Source: Limnochordaceae bacterium
GTDB taxonomy: Bacteria; Bacillota; Limnochordia; Limnochordales; DUMU01
Assembly (NCBI GenBank): GCA_014896305.1
Contig: JADBKQ010000005.1
Span: 12,381 to 76,380 of the forward strand
Direction of reading: 5' to 3'
Length of the DNA stretch: 64,000 nt
This document shows positions 45,587 through 54,872 of the stretch, in pieces. A program made the translations under genes and the position numbers. The first letter of the stretch is position 1, and every line of letters starts with the position of its first letter. The notes beneath the pieces were generated by a model, which did not search any database, was not told the origin of the DNA, and saw only the letters and a list, made by a program, of their open reading frames with translations.

Positions 45587-47761
45587 CTAGTATGCCGCTG
45601 GTGCCGCCAGAGCAAAAGCGTACACGTTGCCATCCATCGAGCCAACGTAGACCGTATTCTCGCCGTCGACGGGGCGGACCCGGGCAAACAGGAAGTCTCC
45701 TCCGGCCTGTACCGGACCGACCAACCGGCCGGTCTGGGCATCGAGCCGCCAGACCTTACCGCCGATCGTGCCGACCAGCACCTCCGTCGTTCCCCATGGC
45801 GTCTTCCACAACACCGGCGAGGAGTTGTAGATCCCCTCCCCGACCGTACTCGACCACACTACATCGCCATTACGGACGTCCAGCGCATATATCTCACCGT
45901 TGAGGGTAGACAAGATCACCTGGTGGTTTTCCGAATCCACTGCGGGCGAAGCATAGCCGGAGGCTTTCGCCACGGTCCACAGCAGATTGCCGTCCGTCAG
46001 ATCATAGGCGTAGACTTTGCTGTCCGTGTTGGTGACCACCACCACCCCGCTATCGGCGGCCGGCGTGCACGGACCCGAGGTGTAGTAGGTGCGGCCATTG
46101 GTGATTCGTTGCACCACCTTCCCGGTGCGGCGATCCACTCGGTGCACCGTGCCGGCCCACGTCCCGACCCAAAGGGTATCGTCGACGAGCAGCGGCGCCC
46201 CTTCTGCCGCTCCCCCCAACAGCACAGACCACAGTTTGCTCCCGTCGGAACGACGGATGGCGTACAGCCGTCCGTCGCCAGAGCTGACGTAGACCGCATC
46301 GAGCTGCGGGTCCACCAGGGGCGTGGCGTAGATGGCCGCTCCGGTGGCAAAGCTCCACACCAGTTGACCACTGTTCTTGTCCCAAGCGTACAGATGGCCA
46401 TCTTTGCTTGCCGCCATCACCCGCCGGTCATCGACGGCTGGGGCGCCGATCACCGGGCCGCCGGCCTGGTAGGTGCGGAGGGTGCGCCCTGTCTGCCGGT
46501 CCAGAGCCAAAACCTGCCCCGCCCCGTTCGCCACCAGTAACGTCTGCCCATCGACCACCGGAGGAGCCTGGATGGAGCCGCCCGTTTGCACACGCCAGAG
46601 TAGACGGGTACCCCGGGCAAAGGTCGCCAGCGAGGTGGTGAAAACGAACTTCTTGAGTCCGGTATCTACCTGCACCTGCAACCGGTGCACGCCGTCGACC
46701 CCCCGCGTCGGATCGATCTGGCCCTGCCACATGTCGTTCGCTGACGGCTCGAGAGAATCCCAGGAGCCATCGTCTACTCGCCAGGAGACATCCTGAATCA
46801 TGAACGGCTGTCCAGCCGGTGCCGTAATCTGCACCTGGAGAGGAATGGGTGTGGTGCTCTCCCACACCTGCGCGGGAGCCGGGCTGACCAGGCGAATCTG
46901 CGGCCGTGGCAAGCCCTGGACCGGCACCGACATGACCTGGTCCCACGCTCTGCCCACCTGCTTGCCATATACCGTCAAACGGTCACCTTCCCGGGCCACC
47001 ACCGCGTAACTCCCGTCCAGTGCCGCCCCGATCATCTGGTTGATGCGGCCGTCGGGCAGCTGGGTGGAGAAGGCGTGACCATGGCCGGAAAGGAGGAGCG
47101 ATACGGGGACGCCGCCCTGCGCTTCGGCCTGATCTATAGCGGTGAGGACCTCATCCTGGTCCCCCACGAAGGTTGAAGACCAGCCGATGGGATGGTGGGA
47201 CGCCACCACCGCGCCCACCGCTCCCCCCGCCCTGGCTTGCTGCAATTGTTGGACGAGCCAGCGCTCCTGGTCCAACCCAATATGTCCGTGCTGCTCCAAA
47301 TCGACTGCGCTGTCCAGCCCCAATACCTGCACCCCATGCCAGCTGAGGCTGAGGCGACCAGGATGCAGAGTCTGAGCAGCCACGTCTTGTCCATCGTTGG
47401 GCCAGCGGGCATCGTGGTTTCCTCTCAGCGTGTAGACGTGGGTCTGTTGGATCAACGGGGCCAGGATCTGTACTGCCGAGCGCCACTCCGAGCTCTGGTT
47501 CATCTCTGTGACGTCGCCAGTCAGCAGCACGAAATCGGGGCGCAAGTTCATGGAAGTGACCTCGGCCACGATCGCCCGGGTATTGCTATCCCCTTTCCCG
47601 CTACCGATGTGCAGGTCGGTCAAGATCAGGAAATACCCCTCGGCGTCTGCAAAAGGTAGCGTGTCCGACGCGTGGACCCTCGCTCCGTCTGCGGCCAGGG
47701 AGAGCAGTAACGCGCAGACCAGGCCCATGATCGGCCCTGCCCGCCTGCCCTCTGCCTTCAT
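45587..47761 (-). CDS. secreted metallophosphoesterase fused to Ig-like module and PQQ-like beta-propeller repeats
   Basis: Signal-like N-terminus. Calcineurin-like motifs LTDLHIG, LTGDVTE, LRGNHD and SGHGHAF. The C-terminal half has repeated ...G.l.AlD..tG...W.. blades (for example QVLALDRQTGRTLRTY, HLYAWDKNSGQLVWSF, RLYAIRRSDGSKLWSV). The start could be 47800, 47761 or 47728. Confidence 0.8.
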   Translation of the reverse strand: MKAEGRRAGPIMGLVCALLLSLAADGARVHASDTLPFADAEGYFLILTDLHIGSGKGDSNTRAIVAEVTSMNLRPDFVLLTGDVTEMNQSSEWRSAVQILAPLIQQTHVYTLRGNHDARWPNDGQDVAAQTLHPGRLSLSWHGVQVLGLDSAVDLEQHGHIGLDQERWLVQQLQQARAGGAVGAVVASHHPIGWSSTFVGDQDEVLTAIDQAEAQGGVPVSLLLSGHGHAFSTQLPDGRINQMIGAALDGSYAVVAREGDRLTVYGKQVGRAWDQVMSVPVQGLPRPQIRLVSPAPAQVWESTTPIPLQVQITAPAGQPFMIQDVSWRVDDGSWDSLEPSANDMWQGQIDPTRGVDGVHRLQVQVDTGLKKFVFTTSLATFARGTRLLWRVQTGGSIQAPPVVDGQTLLVANGAGQVLALDRQTGRTLRTYQAGGPVIGAPAVDDRRVMAASKDGHLYAWDKNSGQLVWSFATGAAIYATPLVDPQLDAVYVSSGDGRLYAIRRSDGSKLWSVLLGGAAEGAPLLVDDTLWVGTWAGTVHRVDRRTGKVVQRITNGRTYYTSGPCTPAADSGVVVVTNTDSKVYAYDLTDGNLLWTVAKASGYASPAVDSENHQVILSTLNGEIYALDVRNGDVVWSSTVGEGIYNSSPVLWKTPWGTTEVLVGTIGGKVWRLDAQTGRLVGPVQAGGDFLFARVRPVDGENTVYVGSMDGNVYAFALAAPAAY

Positions 47762-47956
47762 CCCCGTGGCCGCCAGCCTATCCCTGCACAGGAGATGCAT
47801 TCCGCCATTCGCCCCTTTCGTTCACCATCGACGCAAGGCCTCGTGGAGAACATACCCCGCCGCCTGTCCGCGGTGACCGGCGGTCCGCCTGCCGGTCGCC
47901 GCAGCCAGCGACGGTCCCCCACGAGGTGCCGGCTCGTCTCCTTTCACCTGGACCCC

Positions 47957-48541
47957 TTACTTGATCCGTACCAACTCCAAATTGTCCCACCAGGCAGTGC
48001 CGGTGCCAGGGTTGGACCAGAGAGCGATGCGCAGAGTCTTCACGTTCGAGGGAATCTCTATCGTCGTCGTAAACTGCCGCCAATCGAAGTCGCCGGTAAA
48101 CAGCTCGTCGGAAAGATAGAAGGGGACATCGTTCCAGGAACCATCGTCATACTGCTCCCAGGCTCGAAAGCCCAGCCCCTCCTTCTGCGTCGCCGCCTGC
48201 CAGCCTTGCAGCTTCAACCAGCCACTGAACTGGTAGGTCGCTCCCGGCGTCACCGGCACGTCCTGATACATCCGTCCGCCCCAGGGCGGCGCCACCGAGG
48301 GATCCAGCAGGTCCACCCGCACGGAACGGCTCCCCTCCTGGTGAACACTACTATCCAGAACGACCCGGTTGGGTGCGGACGCCCACTGCCACTCCACCTT
48401 CCAGCCGTCGGGCACGCCGTTGGCATCCTTGTCGATCTCGAAGGAGGGGTTGACCAACAGATTGTCCGCTGCCCGCACCATTGGAGTCACCAAGCCGAGC
48501 CCTGCGAACACCACCGCTGCCCACCAAGCAATTTTCCTCAT
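47957..48541 (-). CDS. secreted carbohydrate-binding-module (CBM4/9-like) protein
   Basis: Signal peptide MRKIAWWAAVVFAGLGLVTPMVRA. NLLVNPSFE...GWK opening and WWDNLELV ending, typical of CBM_4_9 jelly-rolls. Confidence 0.75.
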   Translation of the reverse strand: MRKIAWWAAVVFAGLGLVTPMVRAADNLLVNPSFEIDKDANGVPDGWKVEWQWASAPNRVVLDSSVHQEGSRSVRVDLLDPSVAPPWGGRMYQDVPVTPGATYQFSGWLKLQGWQAATQKEGLGFRAWEQYDDGSWNDVPFYLSDELFTGDFDWRQFTTTIEIPSNVKTLRIALWSNPGTGTAWWDNLELVRIK

Positions 48542-48800
48542 CTACAGACCTCCTCCCGGAATTGGCATCTGGGACTTGTACTAACACACTTCTCCTCCGC
48601 CCAGCAGATTCCTCTCTCCCCCGTCTCCCGCAACTTCGTCTCCAACCCGCGTAACGTACCGTATGGCCTGGTACTGCCGGGCGACAGGAACAAGGTCGTG
48701 CCGACGCGACCCGGGAACTGGCCTTTCGGAGCCCCCTTGCATTAGAATAGGACTCGGGGTAGGATCGGCTTTGGCTTCTTGGCAGAAAGGCAGGACCAAC

Positions 48801-49331
48801 ATGCGGTTGAGGGCTCTCTTCAGCGGAGCTCGCCACCAGGAGCTTGCTCTTTTCTGGTGGATTCACCTGCGCTGGGCCCGCCAGTGGCTCGATCGACTCA
48901 TGCGCTGGGGAACGCATCTGGGTAGTATCTGGAGCTGCCTCATCGTCGGGGTCACCATGTGGGCTTTCCCCACCCAGAGGCCGCTGGCTTTGACCACCAC
49001 CGTGGCGGTGGCTTTCAGCCACCTGCCAGTGCAAATCCTCAAGCACGCGGTGCAACGTCCCCGTCCCTATCTGGTGCTGAACGGCTATCGTCCCCTCGTC
49101 GCTCCCCTGCGCGACCACTCCTTTCCCTCTGGACACACCACCGCCGCCTTTGCCATGGCCGGCGTCCTGAGCGCAGCCGGGCCTTGGGTGAGTGGGCTGG
49201 TCTGGCCGCTCGCCGTGCTGGTGGGCATCTCCCGTATGTATCTGGGCCATCATTATCCCTCCGACGTGCTCGTGGGGGCGTTCCTCGGAACCTTTGCCGC
49301 CATCCTGAGCCGGACCTGGATCCTGGGCTGA
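48801..49331 (+). CDS. PAP2-family phosphatase (undecaprenyl-diphosphatase/lipid phosphatase-like)
   Basis: Motifs KHAVQRPRP, PSGH and SRMYLGHHYPSD (the three PAP2 motifs). TM-rich. Confidence 0.9.
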   Translation: MRLRALFSGARHQELALFWWIHLRWARQWLDRLMRWGTHLGSIWSCLIVGVTMWAFPTQRPLALTTTVAVAFSHLPVQILKHAVQRPRPYLVLNGYRPLVAPLRDHSFPSGHTTAAFAMAGVLSAAGPWVSGLVWPLAVLVGISRMYLGHHYPSDVLVGAFLGTFAAILSRTWILG

Positions 49332-49581
49332 ACCCGCCGTCGCCCGGCGACGGGATGGCGCGCGCCCAGTCCCGGGAGCGTTGACATAGCAAAGGGCAGC
49401 AGGCATCATAGCCCTGAATGGGGAATCCGTATGTTCCAAGGGTTCGCCAGGCGGAAAGGGGCGGCTTTCGTTGCACGAATCGACCAATCCCAGGTACCGA
49501 GACTCGCATCAATCTGAGCAAGGCAGAGGTCAGGCCCAAACGGGGTTGGGGCCCGTGCCGGTCTTTTTTGGCTCGATCAAG

Positions 49582-50751
49582 ATGAAGCGGATGCGTGAAG
49601 AGGATTCCTTGCCGTTCAAAACGTTGAAGGCCCTGGAGTACGCCGGCCTGTCCCAGGTGGTGGCCGGCAAACGGGTGGCGGTCAAGGTCCATCTGGGGGA
49701 GGGAACGAACTTCGCCACACCGCATCCCGGAATGGTGCGCCTGGTGATCAATAAGATCAAGCAGGCGGGCGGGCAGCCGTTCGTGATGCACTCCTGGGGG
49801 GCGCTCAATGGGTACGAACGGGGCTATACTGCCGAAACGCTGGGATGCCCGGTAATTCCCACCGGGGGCAGCCAAGAACGTTATGCCTATGTTCACCCGA
49901 CCGGCGATCCGCATCTGCGCGAGGTGAAAGTGGCCGGCGAGATCGAAGATGCCGAGGCGCTGGTGGTGATCAGCCACGTGAAGGGCCACGGCAGCACGGG
50001 CATGGGCGGGGCGCTGAAGAACATTGGGATCGGCATGCTGGCCGCAGAATCGAGAGGCGCCATTCACCAGCTCATCGCTACCGTCCCCTACTGGAATGCC
50101 GACCGCTGTCACTCGGCTCAGCCCTGCCGGTCCTGCTTCGATGCCTGCCCGGTGGATGCTCCCCACTGGTCCGGGGCGAACAAAGACGAACTCCATATCG
50201 ACGTTCATGCGTGCACCTATTGCGGGCGCTGCGAAGAGGTCTGCCCCACGCAGGCGCTGCATCTCGACGGCCCAGCCATGTTCGGCGCCTTTCAGCACGG
50301 GATGGCCCTGGCTGCCCGCGAGGTGCTCCGCACCTTCTCACCCGACCACATTCTTTTTGTGAACCTGATCCTCCACGTTACCCCTTGGTGTGACTGCTCT
50401 CCCTTCACTCAACCAGCCTTCCTGAGAGATGTAGGAGTGCTGGTCAGCCGGGATCCCGTGGCCATCGACGCTGCTACGTTGGATCTCCTGGCCAAAGAGG
50501 AAGTGCTGGTCGATATGGTTCCCGACTCGTTCAAAGTCGGGGGGAAGCTAGTGGGCAGCGGCCATCCCTTCCAACAGGTGCTGGGAACGGTGAAGAATCC
50601 CTATCGCCAGGTAGAGGAGGCCGCCCGGCTCGGCGTGGGTCGGCGCCAGTATGAGCTTTACGACGTAGAGACCATCTCCCCGGAACAGGCCGCCCAGTGG
50701 AGAGCGATCACTCCCCCCTCCGCCGTCGGCGCCCCGGCACAAGCGCACTGA
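49582..50751 (+). CDS. DUF362 domain protein with two 4Fe-4S ferredoxin motifs
   Basis: Contains VAVKVHLGE, SHVKGHGSTGMGGALKNIGIG, CxxCxxC-type CRSCFDACP and CTYCGRCEEVCP. Start assigned to ATG 49582. The longest ORF starts at 49471. Confidence 0.8.
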   Translation: MKRMREEDSLPFKTLKALEYAGLSQVVAGKRVAVKVHLGEGTNFATPHPGMVRLVINKIKQAGGQPFVMHSWGALNGYERGYTAETLGCPVIPTGGSQERYAYVHPTGDPHLREVKVAGEIEDAEALVVISHVKGHGSTGMGGALKNIGIGMLAAESRGAIHQLIATVPYWNADRCHSAQPCRSCFDACPVDAPHWSGANKDELHIDVHACTYCGRCEEVCPTQALHLDGPAMFGAFQHGMALAAREVLRTFSPDHILFVNLILHVTPWCDCSPFTQPAFLRDVGVLVSRDPVAIDAATLDLLAKEEVLVDMVPDSFKVGGKLVGSGHPFQQVLGTVKNPYRQVEEAARLGVGRRQYELYDVETISPEQAAQWRAITPPSAVGAPAQAH

Positions 50752-50762
50752 AGGGAGTCACT

Positions 50763-51272
50763 ATGCGAGTTGGCGTTTACGCGGGTAGCTTTGATCCGAT
50801 GACCAACGGCCACATGTGGATGGTGCGCAAGGGTGCGGCGCTGTTCGACCGGCTGATCGTCGCTGTCGGCACCAACCCGGACAAACGGTGGGTTTATTCC
50901 GTCGCCGATCGGGTACGGCTGCTGAAGGCGTGTACCGAATCGTTCCCCAATGTGGCAGTCACCAGTTTTCAAAACCGCTACCTGGTGGACTTTGCCCGCG
51001 AGGTAGGAGCCCAGTACATCCTGCGGGGAATCCGTAACGAGGGCGACTACGCGTATGAGCGTGGAATGAGGTATATCAATGCTGATTTGGCGCCGGAAGT
51101 GACCACCGTCTTTTTGATGCCGCCGCGGGAGATGGCCGAGATCAGCTCCAGCTTCGTCCGGGGTCTGATCGGACCGGAGGGTTGGGAGCAAGTGGTTTGC
51201 CAATACGTCCCCGAACCGGTGTTGCAGTTTCTTCTTTCCCAAACAAGGTCGATGCCGGCAGCGTCCCACTAG
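50763..51272 (+). CDS. coaD: phosphopantetheine adenylyltransferase
   Basis: Contains VYAGSFDPMTNGHMWMV (T/HxGH motif), ILRGIRN and ISSSFVR. Confidence 0.95.
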   Translation: MRVGVYAGSFDPMTNGHMWMVRKGAALFDRLIVAVGTNPDKRWVYSVADRVRLLKACTESFPNVAVTSFQNRYLVDFAREVGAQYILRGIRNEGDYAYERGMRYINADLAPEVTTVFLMPPREMAEISSSFVRGLIGPEGWEQVVCQYVPEPVLQFLLSQTRSMPAASH

Positions 51273-51309
51273 ACCAACACACACAATCATCTTCAGGAGG
51301 TGGGGGAAA

Positions 51310-54300
51310 ATGAGCAGATGGGCCGGGATGGCCGGTCAAAGTGTCCCGCAGGGATCCGCAGACGCTCGCCATGGCGACCTAGCCATAGACAAGCGGCCAG
51401 TAACTCGACGCCCTCGCAAAGGAAGTTATCGGAGGTTCCTCTTGCTAGGACTGATGGTAGGCTTGGGGCCATGGTCCTTCAACGCCTTTCTACCGACGCG
51501 GGCACACGCGGCCGAGAGTGCGACGACACTGCCCAGCGGTCCGGGCCAGATCCTGCCGCAGGTACACCAAGTGGACTGGAAAGGCAGCTCCGGTCCTGTG
51601 CCGACCCAAATCGAAGTCGTCACTGACACCCAAACGTGGCAGACGTTGTCCGGAGCCTTGACGGACCTGCTTCGCCGGCTGGGCGACGCCCCGGGTCAGC
51701 CCCTGTACCGGCCCGCCTTCAGCCCTGCGGGCGAACCGCTCACCGACTCCGAACGTTCGATCTCCGTGTCGCCTACCTGTGTACCAACACCGGGCTGGGG
51801 GTCATCGTGGATGACCGCGTGGGCCACTCCCCCGCCGAAGAGCAGCCCTTCATCGGCTCGGCTCTTCCTGGTGGCGTTGGGTGAACAAGCCGGCCAAGAG
51901 CTGGCAGCCTGGTCGCAGGTTCTCACCGGGTCAGGCTTGCCGGCGTTGTCTGCGGAGATCCTGGACAAACCGGCGGAGGGGTATACACTCTCTTCCGGGC
52001 GGTTGGCAGATGGTGAAGCCGTGGTAGTGGCAGCCTCCCGTTCACCGAGAGGTCTGTTGTATGCCGCCCTCACCTGGGCGCAGCTGGCCCGGGCAACGCA
52101 GGGCACACCGGCTGCCCAACTGACCGACTGGCCGGCCTACCCGATTCGCGGTACGATCGAAGGTTTCTACGGCCCACCCTGGAGCCCGACGGACCGTCTC
52201 AACCAGGTGGCCTTCTACCCCTGGGTTCGGTTCAACACGTACGTGTATGCCCCCAAGGATGACCCCTACCATCGGGAGAAGTGGCGGGAGCTGTACCCCA
52301 GCGCAGAATTGGAGCAGCTCCGCCGCCTCGTTGAGCTGGCCAATCGGTACCAGATCGACTTTGTCTTCGCCATCAGCCCGGGGCTATCCGTGACTTTCTC
52401 CTCCGATCAGGACTTCCAGGCTCTAATCGCCAAGACCGAGCAAATGCGGGCCATCGGCGTTCACCGGTTTGCCCTCTTGCTGGACGATATACCCAAGACC
52501 CTCCGCAGCCCGGCCGACCAGCAGCAGTTCAAGGGGGACGTCGGGGCGGCCCAGGCTTTCCTGGTGAACCGGTACGCTGCTTACCTGCGGGAAAAAGAGC
52601 CGGGGATGCCCCTCATCGTCGTTCCCACGGACTATTACGATCTGGCCCCCAGCGCCTATAAGCGCACGCTGGCCACACAGGTAGCCCCCGACGTAATCCT
52701 GTATTGGACAGGGGTGGGGGTCGTCGCGCCGGTGGTCACACAGGCCCAGGCGACTGCAGCCGTCCGGCTCTGGAAGCACTCGATTCTCATGTGGGACAAC
52801 TATCCGGTCAACGACTATTCCCGGGATACCCTCTACCTGGGCCCACTGGAAGGCCGGGAGGACCTGCAGGGAGCGAAGGACGCTGATCATTCCTTTGTCG
52901 GGTTCACCTTCAACCCGATGAACGAAGCGGAAGCCTCGAAGCTCCCGCTCGCCACCGCCGCCGACTATGCCTGGAACCCGGCAGCGTACAATCCCCAGGG
53001 TTCCTGGGCTACGGCGCTGGCTCAGCTGGTTCCGCCCGCCGCCCAGCCCGGCTTCAGCCTGCTGGCCCGGCATTACCTGAGCAGCACCCTTCATTCTGAA
53101 GACGCCCTGGGGAGCGAGATCCGCTCCCTCCTGCTCAGCCGGCTCACCGATGCCCAGGCACAAGCGGAGGTGGACCAGCTCCTCGAGGGCTTGCAGGCGC
53201 TCCGCCTCCTGGGAGCTTCTCTGGGCAACCCGGCGCTGGCGCAGGAGCTCGCTCCTTACCTGACCAAACTGTCGCTGACGGGCTATCTGACCCAGACCTA
53301 CTACAACCTAATCGCGGCCGAGCAGGAACGCCAGGCGTCGCTGCCAGTGGAGGCGGACGCCTTGCGGGCGGAATGGCAGAGCCGGGCGGACTGGCTCACC
53401 TTGTTCCGGCAGTGGCAACGCATCAACGTCCGGGTGGGAGTGTTGGGCGAGATCTTGAATACGGTGGCCAGCAGAGTAGCGGAACCAATCGCCCTGTTTT
53501 CGGGCACCGGCCCCAAAGCCTCCAGTTCCTTGTCGGCCTACCAGTCTTTCACCGCCGATCAACTGGCAGATGGCCGCGATGACACCTTCTTCTGGTCAGG
53601 TGAAAGCCCGCAAGCGGGCGACTGGTTCGGTATCGACATCGGCCGCAGTGTACCGGTGAAGACCATCCGGATCGCCATGGGCAGCACCCAAGGAGCGTAT
53701 GCCCGTCCAGAGGACTACCTGCACCAGTACGAAGTGCGAATCTCCAATGACGGGAGCAGCTGGCAGACCGTAGGCCGGTTCGTTCGCCAGCGAGAGGCCA
53801 GCGTTTCGCTGCCTGAAGGAACTCACGTGCGTTACATCCGGGTGGTGGCCACCGCGGCGCAGACCAACTGGGTCCAGGTGCGAGAGCTCTCCGTCGAACC
53901 CAAACCCGCCGCCTTCGACATCACGCTCGCCGGAGGCCAGCTGGCAACCCCGGTGACAGAGACAGCCGGCCTACAGGTGGCCAGCCAGCCAGCGGAAACC
54001 GGGTCGACCCAGGCTGTCCCCACAGAGGCTGGCCAGTCGAACGCTCAGCCGGCGCCTGCCAGCCCGGTTCCGATGCTGGCCTTCTCCGGTGAACCGGCCG
54101 CCGTTTTGGATGGGGATCCAGCTACCGCGATCCAGGTTCAGCCAGTAGCACCAGCTCCTGACTCCGGGGCGGCCGCTCCGGTGTGGCTGACCGTAACTGT
54201 GCCCGCTGCCGCGGCCTCACAGGAATGGGGGGGTCTGGCCCTGCTCTTGGGGGCGGGCGCCACCGGTCAGCTAACGGTGGAAACCACTGTCGATGGCAAC

Positions 54301-54564
54301 TCCTGGAAGACAGTCGGCGCGATTTCGCCAGACCAGCTGGCCCGGGGCGGTTCCTGGATATGGCAATTTGACGCCCCGCTAGCACTGAAGGGCTACCGGC
54401 TGCGCTGGCAGCCGGCTCCTGCCGCCTCATCCCCGCCCCTGTCCTCTCCTGGGACGGTGGGTGCCGCAGCGGACGCCGGTGTCACCAGCGCCCCGTCCCT
54501 CAGCGTGCGTGAGTTCTACCCCCTCCCCCCCGATTATGCGAGACCAGCGGGAGAAGGAGTGTAG
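51310..54564 (+). CDS. Tat-exported GH84 beta-N-acetylglucosaminidase (O-GlcNAcase/NagJ-like) with F5/8 type C (discoidin) modules
   Basis: Contains YPIRGTIEGFYGPPWS, TYVYAPKDDPYHR and the FALLLDDIP catalytic DD pair. Twin-arginine-like SYRRFLLLG is followed by ...AHA. The discoidin-like segment is WFGIDIGRSVPVKTIRIAMG...YEVRISNDGSSW. A second beta-sandwich module is at the C-terminus. Confidence 0.9.
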   Translation: MSRWAGMAGQSVPQGSADARHGDLAIDKRPVTRRPRKGSYRRFLLLGLMVGLGPWSFNAFLPTRAHAAESATTLPSGPGQILPQVHQVDWKGSSGPVPTQIEVVTDTQTWQTLSGALTDLLRRLGDAPGQPLYRPAFSPAGEPLTDSERSISVSPTCVPTPGWGSSWMTAWATPPPKSSPSSARLFLVALGEQAGQELAAWSQVLTGSGLPALSAEILDKPAEGYTLSSGRLADGEAVVVAASRSPRGLLYAALTWAQLARATQGTPAAQLTDWPAYPIRGTIEGFYGPPWSPTDRLNQVAFYPWVRFNTYVYAPKDDPYHREKWRELYPSAELEQLRRLVELANRYQIDFVFAISPGLSVTFSSDQDFQALIAKTEQMRAIGVHRFALLLDDIPKTLRSPADQQQFKGDVGAAQAFLVNRYAAYLREKEPGMPLIVVPTDYYDLAPSAYKRTLATQVAPDVILYWTGVGVVAPVVTQAQATAAVRLWKHSILMWDNYPVNDYSRDTLYLGPLEGREDLQGAKDADHSFVGFTFNPMNEAEASKLPLATAADYAWNPAAYNPQGSWATALAQLVPPAAQPGFSLLARHYLSSTLHSEDALGSEIRSLLLSRLTDAQAQAEVDQLLEGLQALRLLGASLGNPALAQELAPYLTKLSLTGYLTQTYYNLIAAEQERQASLPVEADALRAEWQSRADWLTLFRQWQRINVRVGVLGEILNTVASRVAEPIALFSGTGPKASSSLSAYQSFTADQLADGRDDTFFWSGESPQAGDWFGIDIGRSVPVKTIRIAMGSTQGAYARPEDYLHQYEVRISNDGSSWQTVGRFVRQREASVSLPEGTHVRYIRVVATAAQTNWVQVRELSVEPKPAAFDITLAGGQLATPVTETAGLQVASQPAETGSTQAVPTEAGQSNAQPAPASPVPMLAFSGEPAAVLDGDPATAIQVQPVAPAPDSGAAAPVWLTVTVPAAAASQEWGGLALLLGAGATGQLTVETTVDGNSWKTVGAISPDQLARGGSWIWQFDAPLALKGYRLRWQPAPAASSPPLSSPGTVGAAADAGVTSAPSLSVREFYPLPPDYARPAGEGV

Positions 54565-54623
54565 CCTCAAAGCCCGTTCTCTTCCCTACTCGTGCCAACA
54601 CGAATTCCAAGGTACTTTGGTTT

Positions 54624-54654
54624 CAGCCCGGCCCCGAGCCGGGCTGTGTGTTTT
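54624..54654 (+). terminator. rho-independent terminator after the GH84 gene
   Basis: CAGCCCGGC-cccga-GCCGGGCTG followed by TGTGTTTT. A second hairpin, CGAGGA-gtggacag-TCCTCG plus TTT, is at 54661-54683. Confidence 0.7.
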
Positions 54655-54872
54655 CAGGGCCGAGGAGTGGACAGTCCTCGTTTGACGAATATTATGATCC
54701 TACCCCTGTGCTCCCAATACGGTTACATTATTGTTATGCATGTGTTAACAAACAGCATTCTAATTGTACCATACATGGGTTTTGTGTTATTAATAATAAA
54801 GTATGTGTGGGATTTGGCACTGGAATTGCTCCCCAGCTTTGAGAGACGGCCGTCCATAAAGGAGGTCAGGGA

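Noticed and set aside
45059-46540. 493-aa plus-strand ORF
   Set aside because: It is antisense to the metallophosphoesterase-PQQ gene and overlaps the GH18 3' end. No motifs, and an Arg/Pro-rich composition.
47795-48745. 316-aa plus-strand ORF
   Set aside because: It is antisense to the signal-peptide-bearing CBM protein gene. No motifs.
48351-50298. Minus-strand ORFs of 378 aa (48351-49487) and 419 aa (49039-50298)
   Set aside because: They are antisense to the well-supported PAP2 and DUF362/4Fe-4S genes. The composition is Gly/Arg/Pro-rich, and they overlap each other in different frames.
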